From contig MU053304.1 of NCBI GenBank assembly GCA_013239625.1, positions 2,914,001 through 2,978,000 of the forward strand: 64,000 nt of DNA. Direction: 5' to 3'. Shown here one piece after another: positions 12,647 through 26,389 of this stretch. A program made the translations under genes and the position numbers. Position 1 is the first letter of the stretch, and every line of letters begins with the position of its first letter. A model generated the notes under the pieces. It was given only the letters and a program-made list of their open reading frames with translations, had not been told where the DNA came from and ran no database searches. Source of the stretch: Lama guanicoe. Lineage: Eukaryota.

Positions 12647-13040
12647 CAAGAGGGTCGTTTTTTTTGACTCTGTAATATATTGTAATGATTAAATGAGTTA
12701 ATAGAAATAACATACTTAGACAAATGCCCAAAATGGAAACAGACTCACAGGCATAGAAAACAAACATATGGTTACCAAAGGTGGAAGGGGAGAAGAGAGG
12801 GATAAATTAGGAGTTTAGGATTAACAGATACACACTACTGTATATAAAACAGATAAGCAACAAGTTTCTACTGTACAGCACAGGGAACTATATTGAATAT
12901 CTTATAGTAACCTATAATGAAAAAGAATATGAAAATGAATATATGTGTATATACACATGTATGACTGAACTATTATGCTATACACCAGAAATTGACACAG
13001 CATTGTAAACTGACTATACTTCAATTTTTAAAAAGTCAAA
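12647..13040 (+). mobile_element. L1 3' UTR fragment with a non-L1 5' segment
   Basis: L1 3' UTR from about 12737 (gaaacagactcacag...cattgtaaactgactatacttcaa), bracketed by a 15-bp direct repeat aaaaagttgaagaaa at 12632-12646 and 13041-13055. Confidence 0.85.
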
Positions 13041-14889
13041 AAAAAGTTGAAGAAATAAAATAACCAATATGCAATTCTTTAGAATTAACCTAAGATACAC
13101 AAAAATAGAACCCTTGTTTTATGTCCCAAGTATCTGACTTAGAGTTTCCTTGAATACGGAGATCATAAAGCAGTTGAGAATTTTAGTGAAAGCTAACCTA
13201 GCTACGGAGCATTCATGAACTAATAGTTCAAAAAGATTCATGGTTGGAGGCTCAAATCAAATCGTGGTTGTCATTGAAGTTAAATAACATTCATTATACA
13301 TTTTTGAGTTAAATGTCACAAATATTATGCTTAAAATAGGTACAGCTTGGGAACTTCCCCAAAATTGGAAAATTTATATGAATAAAGCCTCTGATTTAGG
13401 TTTGTGCCCCCAACAAACATTTAATGACTCAAATATATATTCTCTCATAATGTGAATTTCTGATTTGATTTTCCAACAATGAAAGAAAAAAGAATGCAGA
13501 ATCATCAGCCTTGGAAATTCAAGAGCCGAATCTTTTTCCAAAACATAAAGACTAAGTACTGAATATATTTTTCTTTGTGGAGCAATACGAAGAATTGTTA
13601 CGAAACAGGAAACCCACTAAATAACCTTCTAACCATCAGCTTAAGCAAGTTCCCTAATCTCTACCCTTTTACTCACCTATACGGGGGATAATAGCAATAA
13701 TTACACCATATGGAGATTCTTAAGGTTTAAATAAAGAAACGTATACAAAGCTCTTAACTCAGTGCCTAGCCCATGGCAAGCACTCAATAAATGTTTACTT
13801 TATGGTGGTTTTATTGGGGGTTAAGGTGTATGTTTGCCTTTATTCCAGGTGATCTTTTTCCCAAGAGAGACCTGTTATGAATAGTGTGGGAATTTTATTA
13901 AAATTGTAGAATTCCCAGGATTTGGAACGGGGTGGGAGGAATGAGTCATATTTAGATTTTATTTTCTAAGCTTAGAGTTGCTATCAGGGGATTTGATATG
14001 TCAAAATAGCTAAATATGGGGCTCAATCCCCTGTGAAAGCTTCCTCCTCACTTACATACAAGGGGGTGGGAGTGACACAGGCCCTCCTGATGGTCTGGAA
14101 GTGGGGAGGTGTCATGTCCTGAGGATATTTCAGGCTATTCTCTGAGGGACACTTTCATAATTATTACTGAAAACTTCATAAAATCTCAACATACTGAAAT
14201 AAAAATCACTTTCTTACATTTTTTATATGAAACTTCAAAATCTGTTATGGAAGTCAGGCCCAAATACCTATTGTATTTAGGCCACCACATTTGTCCAGAT
14301 GCCAGAATTATCCCTCAGTTATAAAGAGCTTAAGTGATTTAGGATAGCCCAGGTCTTGACTTCTGGGAGAACATCGTCCTATTAATGGGCAGCAATGTGA
14401 TCCCTGAGATTATTGAAAAGTGATTAACTTCTGAGATCACAAGATATAAAAACACAAGCTGAGAAGTCTGATCATTCACATGTTGCACTCACTGACCTAG
14501 TATAATTTTTAGAATTATATTTTGTTACGTATTTATTTTCATTTGCTTCAAGAAAAAAATTAGTCATCCAACAAATGTTTGCATGCTCCTCTGTGATCCA
14601 CACTGTCCTTGAGTTGACAAACACAGAAGAAAATGGAAATTCAGTGCCTGTTTCTATGGCTCTTACACAGCAGCAGGAGAGACAGAGAACACGCATGGAA
14701 ACGCCCTTTGGAAGAAGATTATTGCAGAGTGTGATGAGAGGGAAATGAAAAGAGTAATGTGGGTGGAAGTAACAGATTGGGAGAAGTGGCTAAGATAGGA
14801 TGTTGGCATTTGAGACGAGACCTAGAGGAAGACAGAAAAGTGTGCCAATGACATGAAGAACTGAATTGAACAACTTGTTTCTCAAGCAT

Positions 14890-17800
14890 TATGGTGTTCT
14901 AGCTAGACTGAAAAATTCTCCCACATGAATCACCTAGAAATCCTGGGTTGAATATAATAAACATCCTTTTAAATATAGTGCTGAGCTTAATATCAATAAT
15001 CATAATAATAATGAAAATCTCAGAGGCCAAAATGAAGGATCTGGAAACAAATGCGGTAAATTAAAACAAATAAAGCTGATTATGCACCTGCTCTTGAGGC
15101 ATCTGTCAGCCTCAATAACCTACAAGTTCATTTTCTAAAAACTAGAGGAAACCCAGAAATGAGACTGTGTGCCCGTGAATGGTGAAGACTGAAAACTGAC
15201 ACCAGCTTCCATATCCCAAAGAGTTACAACCTCAGCAGAAGTATGAACTTAGGAAAATGGTCCACCCACCAGAAAAGAGACATGATGAGAAAAATGTGTC
15301 TTTCAGGGTCAGAGCTCTGGGTCGAAGAAAAAGAAATTTGTACCCACAGCTTGCCTTGAGTAACGTTCGGGGTTCTAATTTGCACCATTTGTGTGGTAGG
15401 AAACCACAAGCTGGTAAATTACCTTGAAGAAATCTTAGGGATAACAATACTGTGAGACCTTGGCAAAATAAATCTCTTGATATTTAAGCCCAAGTCTCAA
15501 GGAATTTCAACAGATAAAACCCAGCAAATATAGACTTAGAACTTCAAATTTCAAGATACATAAGGAATCAAGGCACTGTAAGCAAGACTCACAAACATCA
15601 AATACCAGAGTTACCCCAACAAAGACTGCAGATGCTGGAATAATCAGATATAGAATAAAAAATATTTCAAATATTTGAAAAATTAAGATATATAAAATGG
15701 GAGTGAGAAAAAACTACAATCAAAATAGAATGAGGTAGATTTAAAAATTAGTTAATTATTGTAAGAGATAAGTATAGTCATTGAAATTAAAAATCGCTAG
15801 ATCTAAACATAACTATTTTAAAATGTCATTTAAATCAAAACTTTAATGGCATAGCTGCAGAGACAGCTATAGCAAGTAACTGAAGCTGGACTTGCTCTCC
15901 CTCTGCAAATAACTAGGAAAATGGACAAAATAAATGAAACTTTTCAGACATTTTACAACAAGCATCATTTTGAGAAAAGGAAAACGAACATGGTGAGCCT
16001 TATAATTGCCCAAATTTCTGCGTGGATTCCCTTTTCAGAAATAGATACAAGAAGGATGAATCTGAGCAGAGCTCAGTGGGCACTCAGTTGAAGATTCAGA
16101 GATTGCAGGGCACTGTGCAGAATTAGAACTCCAGAAGTCTGCAGAGGGATCTCCTTGAGTCTGTCACTGAACAGTGAGCCATGCATGTATACGTGAAACC
16201 CCTTGAAGCTAGAAAGCTGTAAGATAAACGATTCCACAAGCTCACACAGGACTGGGAGAAGTTTAGTTCCAACCAGCCACAGTGAAGAAACCAGGTTAAA
16301 CAAATGAAAGATTTAGCAGAGACCCTGAGAAAGAAAGAATTAGGACTAAAATAGACCTAAAAGATAAAAGTTCATCTAAACTTGCTCCAACAGCACTTGA
16401 AAAGAAGCACTGAAAAGGTCAGGCTGAACTGAAACTAATTTAACTTAGAATGAGTCCAGAGCTCTTTAAAGAAAGACAACGAAGTCACTCAGCAATATAA
16501 ATTTGCAGCTGAACATTCAATCAAAAGATGTTACACATACAAAGAAGTAAAAAAACTGTCACTCATAACTGAGACTATAATAACTCAATATAAATATGTC
16601 CAGAAATTACAGATGATGCAATTAACAAACAAGGACTTTAAATAACTTTTATAAATATGTTTCAAAATTGAAAGTACACATGAATATGAAATTTAATGAA
16701 AATTAGAAACTTATAAAATAAGACGTACAATAAACCCTTAGCAGAATAAACAAAAAGAAAACCACATCAAGGTACATCATAATCAAATCATTAAAAACCA
16801 AATATGAAGAAAAGTAACCCAGAGGAAAAGAAACCTTATATATACTGGAGAACAAAAATAAAAGATGCAGATTTCTCATCAGAAAGAATATAAGCTAAAA
16901 AAAAATAATGAAATCTTTATTGTGCTGAAGGAAAAAACTATCAATCTGGTATTCTTTATCTAGTAAAAAATAAAGGCTATTCATCAGTTGGAAGACTCAA
17001 TATTGTCAAGATGTCAGTTCTTCCCTTTCAAAACCCCAGCAATGTATTTTGTGGATGTTAATAAAATGAGACTAAAGTTTAGAGAGAGAGGCAAAAGACC
17101 CAAAATAATCAACACAATATTAAAAGAGAAAAATAAAGTCAGGCTGACACTACCTGACATCAAGATTTACCATTAAGCTTATAGTAATCAACACAGTATG
17201 AGATTGGCAAAAGGGTAAACAAATTGATCAATGGACAGACTAGAGAGCCCAGAACTAGAGCCATACAAATATTGTCAACTGAGCTTTGGCACAGTGGAAA
17301 ACCATACTTTTTTCAACAAACAGTGCTGGAACAACTGGACATCGATGTGCAAAAAAAAAAAAATCTAAACACAACTCCTACACCCTTGACAAAAATTAAC
17401 TCAAAATGGATCATAAACCTCAATGCAAAAGGCAAAACAAGAACATGAAAAAACTTGGGTGACCTTGGTTTTGACGATAATTTTTTCAGATACAACACCA
17501 AAGATATAAGCCATAGAAATAATTGATAAACTGGACTTCATTAAAATTAAAAACTTCTTCTCTGTGAAGAACACTGTGAAGGGGACCAGAAGACAAGATG
17601 CAGACTGGGAAAATATATTCCCAAAAGACATATAGGACAAAGGACTGTTGTCCAAAATTTACAAAAACCTCTTTTTTTTTAATTGTAGTCAATTTATAAT
17701 GTTGTGTCAATTTCTGGTGTACAGAATAATGTTTCAGTCATACATATACACACATATATTCATTTTCATGTTCTTTTTCATTATAGGTTACTACCAGATA

Positions 17801-20800
17801 TTGAATATAGTTTCCTATGCTATATGGAAGAAACTTACTGTTTATGTATTTTATATATAGTAGTTAGTATCTACCAATCTCAAACTTCCAGTTTATCCCT
17901 TCCCACCCTCTTTTCCCCCTGGTAACCATAAGTTTGTTTTCTATGTCTGTGAGTCTCTTTCTGTTTTGTAAATAAGTTTATTTGTCTTTTTCTTTTTAGA
18001 TTCCACATTATGAGTGATGTCATATGGTATTTTTTTTTCCTCTCTGGCTTACTTCACTTAGAATGATGATCTCCAGGTCCATCCATGTTGCTGCAAATGA
18101 CATTATTTTATTGTCTTTTATGGCCGAGTAGAATTCCATTGTATAAATATACCACAACTTCTTTATCCAGTCATCTGTCAATGGACATTTACATTGTTTC
18201 CATGTCTTGGCTATTGTAAATGATGTTGCTATGAACATTGGAATGCATGTCTCTTTTCAAATTAGGAATAGGATTGCTGGATTATATGGCAAGCTTATAT
18301 TTAGTTTTTTGAGAAATCTCCATATTGTTTTCCATAGCAGTGGCACTAAACTTCATTTCCACTAGCAGTGTAGGAAGGGTCCCTTTTCTCCACAGCCTCT
18401 GTAGCATTTATCATTTGTGGACCTTTTACTGATGGCCATTCTGACTGATGTGAGGTGATACCTCATTGTAGTTTTGATTTCTCTGATAATTAGTAATACT
18501 GAGCATTTTTTCATGTGACTATTGGCCATTTATATGTATTCATTGGAGAATTGCTTGTTTAGCACATTTTTGGATTAGGTTGTTTGTTTTTTTTGTTATT
18601 AAATTGTATGAGCTGTTTATATATTCTGGAATTTAAGCCCTTGACAGTCATTTGCAAAAATTTTCTCCCATTCCATAAGTTGTCTCTTTGTTTTGCTCAT
18701 GGTTTCCTTTGCTGTGCAAAAGCATGCACGTTTAATAGGGCCCCATTTGTTTATTTTGGTTTTTATTTCTATTGCCTGGGTAGACTGCCCTAGAAGAACA
18801 TTGCTAAGATTTATGTCAGAAAATGTTTTGCCTACGTTTTCTTCTAAGAGGTTTATAGTGTCCTGTGTTTTGTTTAAGCCTTTAAGGCATTTTCAGTTTA
18901 CTTTCAGGTATGGTGTAATGGAATGTCCTAACTTCATTGATTTCCATGCAGCTGTCTAGTTTTTCTAACATCACTTGCTGAAGAGACTGTCTTTCCTTTA
19001 TTGTATATTCTTGGGTCACTTTGGTATTGTACATTTTATAAATTGTCAAATTCACAAAGAACTCTTAAAACTCAACAGTGAGAAAACAAACAACCCAATT
19101 AAATAAATGGACAAAAGACCTGAACAGACTCCCCATCAAAGAAGACATACAGATGTCAAATAAGTGTATGAAAAGATGCTCAACCTCATATCTCATTAGG
19201 CAATTGCAAATTAAAACAAAGATAAGATACCACTACGTACCTATGAGACTGGACAAAATCCAAAACACTAACAACACAGAATGCTGGTCAGAATGTGGAG
19301 CAACAGAGACTCATCTTCACTGCTGGCGGAAATGCAAAGATAGTACAGCCTCTGTGGATGACAGCTGGGGAATTTCTTACAAAAAAAAACATTCTCCAGT
19401 CATGTCTTTATGACTGGGTTACTGCATCCTGTTGATTCTTATACTGTGGTTGGCTTTCATCCTTTGATAGCTATGTGAGTTTAAAAAGCTAAAGCTCTAG
19501 ACTGTTCTTAGAAACAATGAACAGCACAAATATGTAAATTTTCAAATGGTTTTAGCTCTCAGTGAACTCTTACTAGAATAAACTCTGTTTACACCCCCAC
19601 ACACAAAAAAATCAATTGTGATGATAGTTGCACAACTCTACATTTACTAAAAATCACTGAATTGTACACTTAAAATGGGTGAATTTTATGGCATGTAAAT
19701 TAAACTCCAGTAAAGTTATTTTTAAAAAGACAAAAAATACAAAATAAACATACTTTAACGATATGATCCAGCAATCATGCTCATGTTTACTCAAATGAGT
19801 TGAAAACTTACGTCCACACAAAACAACTGCACATAAGACTTCATAGCAGCTTTATTCATAATTGCCAAAACTTGGAAACAACCAACACTTCCTTGCTTAG
19901 GTCAATGGATAGACAAGCTCTGGTACAATGCAATGCAATCTAGACAATGCAATGTTTTTAGCACTAAAAATAAATAAGCTATTAAGCCATGAAAAGACAT
20001 GGAGGAAATAAATACATAGTATTAAGTGAAAGAATCCAGTCTTAAATGGCTACATACTGTATGATTCCAAGTCTATGACATTCTTGGAAAAGGCAAAGCT
20101 ATAGAGACTGAAAAGATCAGTGGTTTCCAGGGGTTAGGAGGAAGGAAAGGATAAATGGGTGGAGCACAGAGAATTTTTAGTGTGATTAAACTCTTTTGTA
20201 TGATTCATCATACACTTATCCAAATCCATAAAATGTACGATACCAAAGTGAACCCTAATGTAAACTGTACACTTTGTGTAATGATGACATCAATATAGGT
20301 TAACAACATAGGCTGTAACAAATACACCACTCTGGTGCAGGATGTTAACTGCGGAGGAAGCTATGCATGTGTGGGGGCAGGGATGCATATGTGAACTCTC
20401 TGTTCTTTCTGCTTAACTTTACTGCAAACCTAAAATTGCTCTAAAAAAGCCTATTAAAAATTCAAAAAAGCTAAAAAGTAATTTTTTTATGCAAACAAAA
20501 TCTTAGCGTGCCATGAGGAGATTTGCACAGTAAGAAGTGTTAATGGATGTTCTTAGACTGAAGGGAAATAATACGGATGGGAACTTGAAAATATACCAAG
20601 AAACAAAGAATTCCACAAATAGTAAAAATGTAGGTAAATATAAAACATTTTTCTTACTTTTAAAATTTGTCTAAAAGATGATTATTCAAAACAATAAATT
20701 ATGTTTTATGACATGTGGAATATGTGTCAGTTATGGCATAAAGGCTGGGAAGAGGTAATGGACATGCACTGCTGTTCAGAGTCTTCCTTCCTATGTGAGT

Positions 20801-22090
20801 TTGTACAATGTAATCTGAATATAGACTGTAACAGATTGACGATACATGTTGTAAACCCTTGGAATAACTACTAAAAAAGGTAAAACAAACAGCCTATAAG
20901 CCAAAAGTGGAGATAAATGGAATGGTAAAAATTGCTCAGTTAATCCAGAGAATTGCAGGAAAAGAGGGAAAAATAAGCAAGGAACAGATGGGACTAATAG
21001 AGAATCATTATCAAGATAATAATTTAAACCCAGGCATATTGATAATTATATAATTATATTAATTTTTAGTGGTCAAAACACTCCAATTAAAAAGCAGAGA
21101 TTGTCAGACTGAATAAAAAACAAAAACAAAACCCTACCATAAACTGTCTATAAGAAATGTGCTTCCAATATAAAATCACAGGTTAAAAATAAAAGGATGG
21201 AAAAAATATAAGAAAGATGTACTAACTATATTAATATCAGATGAACAGACTAAAAGAAAAGGAATTTTGTCAGGGTAAGGGGGAATATTTTATAATGATA
21301 GAAGGGCCAATTCACCAAGAAGACATGGAAAGTTTAATATGTGATCAGCTACATAATAAAACTTCAAACTGCATTGAAGCAAAACCTGATAGAGCTGGAA
21401 GGAAAAACAAATAAATCCACAGCTACAGCTGGAAATTTCACACTCGTCTCTTAGTAACTGACAGAATAGTAGACAAAGTCAATAAGGATATATTTACTAC
21501 AAGACTTGAACAACATTCTCAATCAACTTGACCTAATTAAAAATTTTAAACTTAAACTCCACCCACAACGGCAGAATATACATTTTTTCAAGTGCACTTA
21601 AAACGTTCACCAAGATGGACCATTAGGCCATAAAACAAGTCTTAATAAATTTAAAAACAATTAAAATCCTATAGAGTGTGTTCTCTGATCACAATGGAAT
21701 TAAACTAAAAATCAATAACAATTGATGTCTGGGGAATCTCTCAAAATATTTGGAAATTAAGAGCACACTTCTAAATTATCTATTGGTCAAAGGGTAAGTC
21801 AAAGGGGAAATAAGAATAAATCTTTAATTGAATGAAAATGAAAATGAAGCATAACAAAATTTGTGGACACAGTTAAAGAAATACTGAAAGAAATTTATAC
21901 CCTTAAATATTTCTTTTTTTAAAAAAAGGGACGGTCTAACATCAATGATCTGAACTTCTCCTTAAAAAACTAAGAAAAGATAGTCAAATTAAACCCAAAG
22001 TAATATAATGAAGGAAATAACAAAAATCAGAGCAGAAGTCAACAATTGCAAAAATTGAAAATAAGAGAGAAAATCAATAAAACCAAAAGC
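14890..22090 (+). mobile_element. Cluster of old, nested L1M fragments (L1MC-like 3' end at about 20460; ORF1/endonuclease remnants at 20500-22090)
   Basis: A-rich decayed ORF2 peptides (e.g. LKEKNKVRLTLPDIKIY, KINSKWIINLN, KEDIQMSNKCMKRCSTS) with many stops and frameshifts. Confidence 0.85.
17672..19045 (-). mobile_element. Younger antisense L1 3' fragment inserted into the older L1
   Basis: Poly-T start, reverse L1 3' UTR and ORF2 end (minus ORF MFIATSFTIAKTWKQCKCPLTDDWIKK). The host L1 resumes at about 19048 with a degenerate duplication aaatt(t/c)acaaa..ctctt. Confidence 0.9.
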
Positions 22091-22366
22091 TTTTTTTAGT
22101 CTATTGGTTGTTGCATAAGTAAATGTTATGCATTTAAAATTAAAATACTTAGGACGTGTATGTTTAATTGTCATGATTTCCCCTTTCAACGAACTTTATA
22201 TGGTAACTAAACAACTACACGACCTGCTGGAAAAGGACTTTTCTTAGAGTAAAATATTTGTGTTGATACTATCTGTGCATGGCAAGTGATTCCTGTTCTC
22301 TATTTAGAGTAATGACTCAAATTTTCTTTTTAAAATAAACATATTTAGGTTACATAATTTAAAAAA

Positions 22367-22416
<50 letters not shown>
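22367..22416. repeat. (ATT)n microsatellite, about 16 units
   Basis: Directly visible pure trinucleotide run. Confidence 0.97.
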
Positions 22417-22417
<1 letters not shown>

Positions 22418-25209
22418 CAAGGTGATGCAAATATGGCAAAAATTATGACAGTGGTTTTTCTAGTAAATGAAGTTAGGGGAACACTGAGCTAGACAGTCTC
22501 TGAGATCCCTGCCAAGTCAGAAATTCTACAATTTAATTTGACACCATGTCAGATATGGTCCTTTGAAGCACTGTGCGCGAACTGTAAAAGCAGAAGTGGA
22601 AAAAAAGCCAACCACATACGTCTGCATAACACATCTGTGCATTATTCATAAATAAATGAGCAGAGCTATAATTTTCTCTCAAAACAAAATAGAAACTAAG
22701 TTTGTAGATATAATCATTATTCGTTCTGAATCCCCAGTTATTTAACATTAGATATGAGATTTGCTATAAACAGAGTATGAAACTGAGATAAAATAAAATA
22801 TACCGACAGACTCATTTTTAACCTGGGTGTTCAGTGTCAATCACTGAGATTTAACTTCTGCTTTAGTAAGAAATATCCTGGAATGAATTTAAGGTCCTAA
22901 TTCAGTAAGGAACTAGTCCAGGAAATTATTTTTTAACTAAGCAAAGATACGCTTTCGGAGCCCTCTCCTTTGTGCTCAGTTCTTAGCTCTTTTCCACTTT
23001 GGGGAATATGTATATTGTTTCCGTTTGTCATCAATGGACTTCATTTGAATTTAAGTAAATTCAGTTAATGTTTCTTTGGCTGCATCTATTCTCCCCCTTC
23101 CTCTCTGCTCAATTTAGAAAGATCTCAACACTTTTGAAAGAAAAGTCAAGCCTATTAAGTATCAGTTTTAACCAAACGTTAGCAACAGATCAAGCTAGAA
23201 ACAGCCAGACCCCAATACCACACTTTTCCAGATGCTGTGAGGAGGAATCTTAGGGACAAGAGTCTAAAGCCTTGTGTGAAATTAGCTAGGTAAGAAGCTC
23301 ACATGTCAAAGAGGAGATATTTAATCACATCCCCCAAATTATGCAATTGAAACTCTACACTCTATGCAAGAACTCATTTTGAAAATTAAAAAGTACAACC
23401 ATTTTTGAAGAAAGGATAACAGCATTCATCCTAAGACTGAGGGAAATTAAGTAGAGTTTTCTGCAGCATCAAAAATGATCAATTGTCTTAAGCTGTATTT
23501 TTTGGAAAGATATCTTGAGGGGAGAGTTGCAGGCAGATACCAGTCTAAGTACTGCTCTCAGGAGAGAAGTGCACATCCACGTGTAAGGAGGCGGGAAAGG
23601 CAAGACTGGACAGAGGGAGACGGTTTCCCTAAATGCGTTTGCAACCAAGAGCAGCACAGCACATCCTCTAGGAAACCCTGCAGCAGGGACGGTCTGTTAG
23701 GTTCAGTGCAAACTGAGGCAAGGACTGGGCTTTTGGATCTGTACCAGCTGGCCACAGGGATGCTCACTGCAGGCTGGCAACTCCCGGCCTGAGGACAGTC
23801 CTCGCTGTGCACTGGCAGCAGCCAGTATTCTCTACGGCCAGGGCACAAGGGCTGAGGACAGCATTCCAGTGTCCACTCACCGAGTTACCATATTTTTCAT
23901 TGAAGAAATACACTCTTGCTTTCTGTTTGCTGTCATTATGGCCTTCTCTTCCATATGGTTAGTTTTTGTCGAGCCTAGGAGAAAAGTTTCCATGAATCTG
24001 TTCACGTTTCTGTACACTTGGGTTCCTGAGCAAAGAGAACTGGCATTTGGATTGAAGACTGAATACTAAGCCTAAAGGTAGAGACTTCCAGGGGGATATG
24101 CCTGGAGCTACTTGTTTACATCCCAGGGTGGTGATGTCTTCTCTCCTCTGAAAAGGAGATTTGAATTTGTTTATAATTTAGAGTAAAGTTCTCTCTCCTC
24201 CACCTATGTCTCTCTCTCTCTCCTCTCTCTCCCTGGAGAAAAGGAGAGGCAAAAGCATCATAATTTTGAGGTTCCTCTCCTGCGATGCAAACCCCACTAC
24301 ATGCGCTGTGTGCAGGAGGGCACTGGGGCACAGGGAGCTAAGGCAAGCTGCGCTGTGAGTAAAGAAGTAGTGTGATCCCTGATGCAGACCATGTTCACGT
24401 GCGTGTGAGTGTGTGTGTGTAACTGAGCCCGACAAACAAATGGAAAGTCAAGCTTATTGAGAACCTGCTTTCCCTGAATGTTAGCAGTAGAGTGTGATAG
24501 AAACGGCCAAGCCTCCACACCATAGTCATTCAGAAGGCTGTTGGCTTGCAGGTTGTGTAACATCTGTTTTTTTCTGTTTCAGACTTAATGGCAGAGCTAT
24601 CTAATTGAGAGCGTGGATCTGATTATGATGCTAAACACTTTCAACAATAACATATTTTTCTGAAAACTATTTGATGTGTCCACAGATCTACTCCAAGTAT
24701 ATAAAAAGTATAAAAACTCTTAATAATGTGTGGTATTTATACAAGAGTGCAAACTAGAAAGTTTCAAGTGCTATCAAAAGGAAAGGAAAATGGATAAATT
24801 GCTTTGTTCATTCAAAAGAAAGACATGGCCCGAGTCAGGGAGATTAAGGATGACCTCAGGAAGGTGCGAGCATCTTGGCTGAGGGCGGGTAAGAAGTAAG
24901 CATCTTCCGCTGAGAGATGGTTCAGAAGCAAAGATCAGGAAAGGATGTTATTAAACTTATGATTCTTAATGAATTATAGAATTTACTAATAAAGGATATA
25001 GTGTATACAGTTGTATACGAAGCACTAAGTACATGAAATGATTTTATTTTCTAATTTATTTCTTCTTAAAACCCTCATGAGGTTAGTATTCTTATTTTCC
25101 ACAGGAAGTGTATTAACTTGCCCAGGGTGAGAAGGTGACACGCAGTGGCACCAGAAGCTGCAGCACTGGCCTGCAGGGGCAGCGCTCAGAGCACCCCGGT
25201 CTCCAGCAT

Positions 25210-26230
25210 TTGGTCAGAGGAAGCAACAGGGCAAAGACCAGGAACAGGACATTTCTGGCACATTTGAGGAATGAAAGATAGTCTAGTTTACTAAGTAATG
25301 ATTAGAGTTGAGACAGATAAAGCTGGAGAGGCGGGGGAAGTCCGTGAAGGCAAGAGTTCAGCTTTAGGAAGGTCCTGAAGGTTTTTGACAAGAAAGGACA
25401 AAGATGTGTCTTGGGAACATCAGTTAACAGAAACCTGGCAGCCGTGTGAAGGAGGTTTTGAAAGAGGAGGAATAGTTGGGGCTCAACTGTCAGGAGGCCA
25501 ATTCAATATAGTCTGGGCAAGAAGTCAAGTTTCAGCACCCAAGACTCTCAAAACTCGAGATCTGATGTGTGGGACCAACTCTTGTTGCAACTTCAGATGA
25601 CTCATTCCACCTCACTGGGTTTCTGCGTCCTAATCTACAGGAAATATGTGAGGTTCCTTCCAAATCTAAATTCTAGAAATTTAGAAGGACCTAAATTAAG
25701 ATACTTTCATGAGCAGAGACAGAGATGTGAGAGATATTTTAGAGGTGGAGCTGAAAAACACATAGCAAATGATTAAATGTAAAGGTCAAGGAGAAATCAG
25801 ACTTTTTCTCAAGATTTTAAACCCAGACACTCAGAAAAGTCAATGGAAGAAAGAAAGACAGGAAGAGGATGGGATGGCAATTAGAATTTGTTTTATATAA
25901 ATTGAGTTTGAGGTGTCAATGAGACAGATTGGATATGCTTAGAAAACCAACTGAAAAAAAAAAACAAAGAGCCCCAGAAACAAGAAGAGGAACCCTGCCT
26001 GGAGTTCAGATTTGGACCCTATTTTCACAGACAGGAGAATAGATGAGCCAGTTTAGGGACAGCCTGGAAAGGAGGGCAGTGAATCCATCTGAGCTGTCTG
26101 TAGCTACATTTAAAGGAAAAGCCGAGAACCAGGTTCCAGGCAAGGAGTGTCCAGAAAGACAGAAATTCATAGGAGGCCAGGGAGGGAAGGCTTCAAGGAG
26201 AAAAGCTTGTCAGATCAAGGGTTGAATGCT
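25210..26230 (+). mobile_element. Decayed L2 fragments (with an internal MIR-like piece)
   Basis: Purine-rich sequence with L2-like motifs such as ttgagtttgaggtg and ggagttcaga. Confidence 0.45.
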
Positions 26231-26389
26231 CTTGAGAGCTGCTTGATCTAAAAAGTGCTAATGCAGAAAAGTCAGAGGTTTCAGAAGGAGAGGATAGGGT
26301 AGAAAGATGACTGCAAGTGCAAAATGTGTTTAGAAGCATTTACAGACAAAATGGTTTGGTAAACCACTAGAACTGGGGTGGACCTTGTT

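Noticed and set aside
16988..19413. ORFs with reverse-transcriptase-like peptides as an active retroelement or novel RT system
   Set aside because: Short, frameshifted L1 ORF2 relics on both strands.
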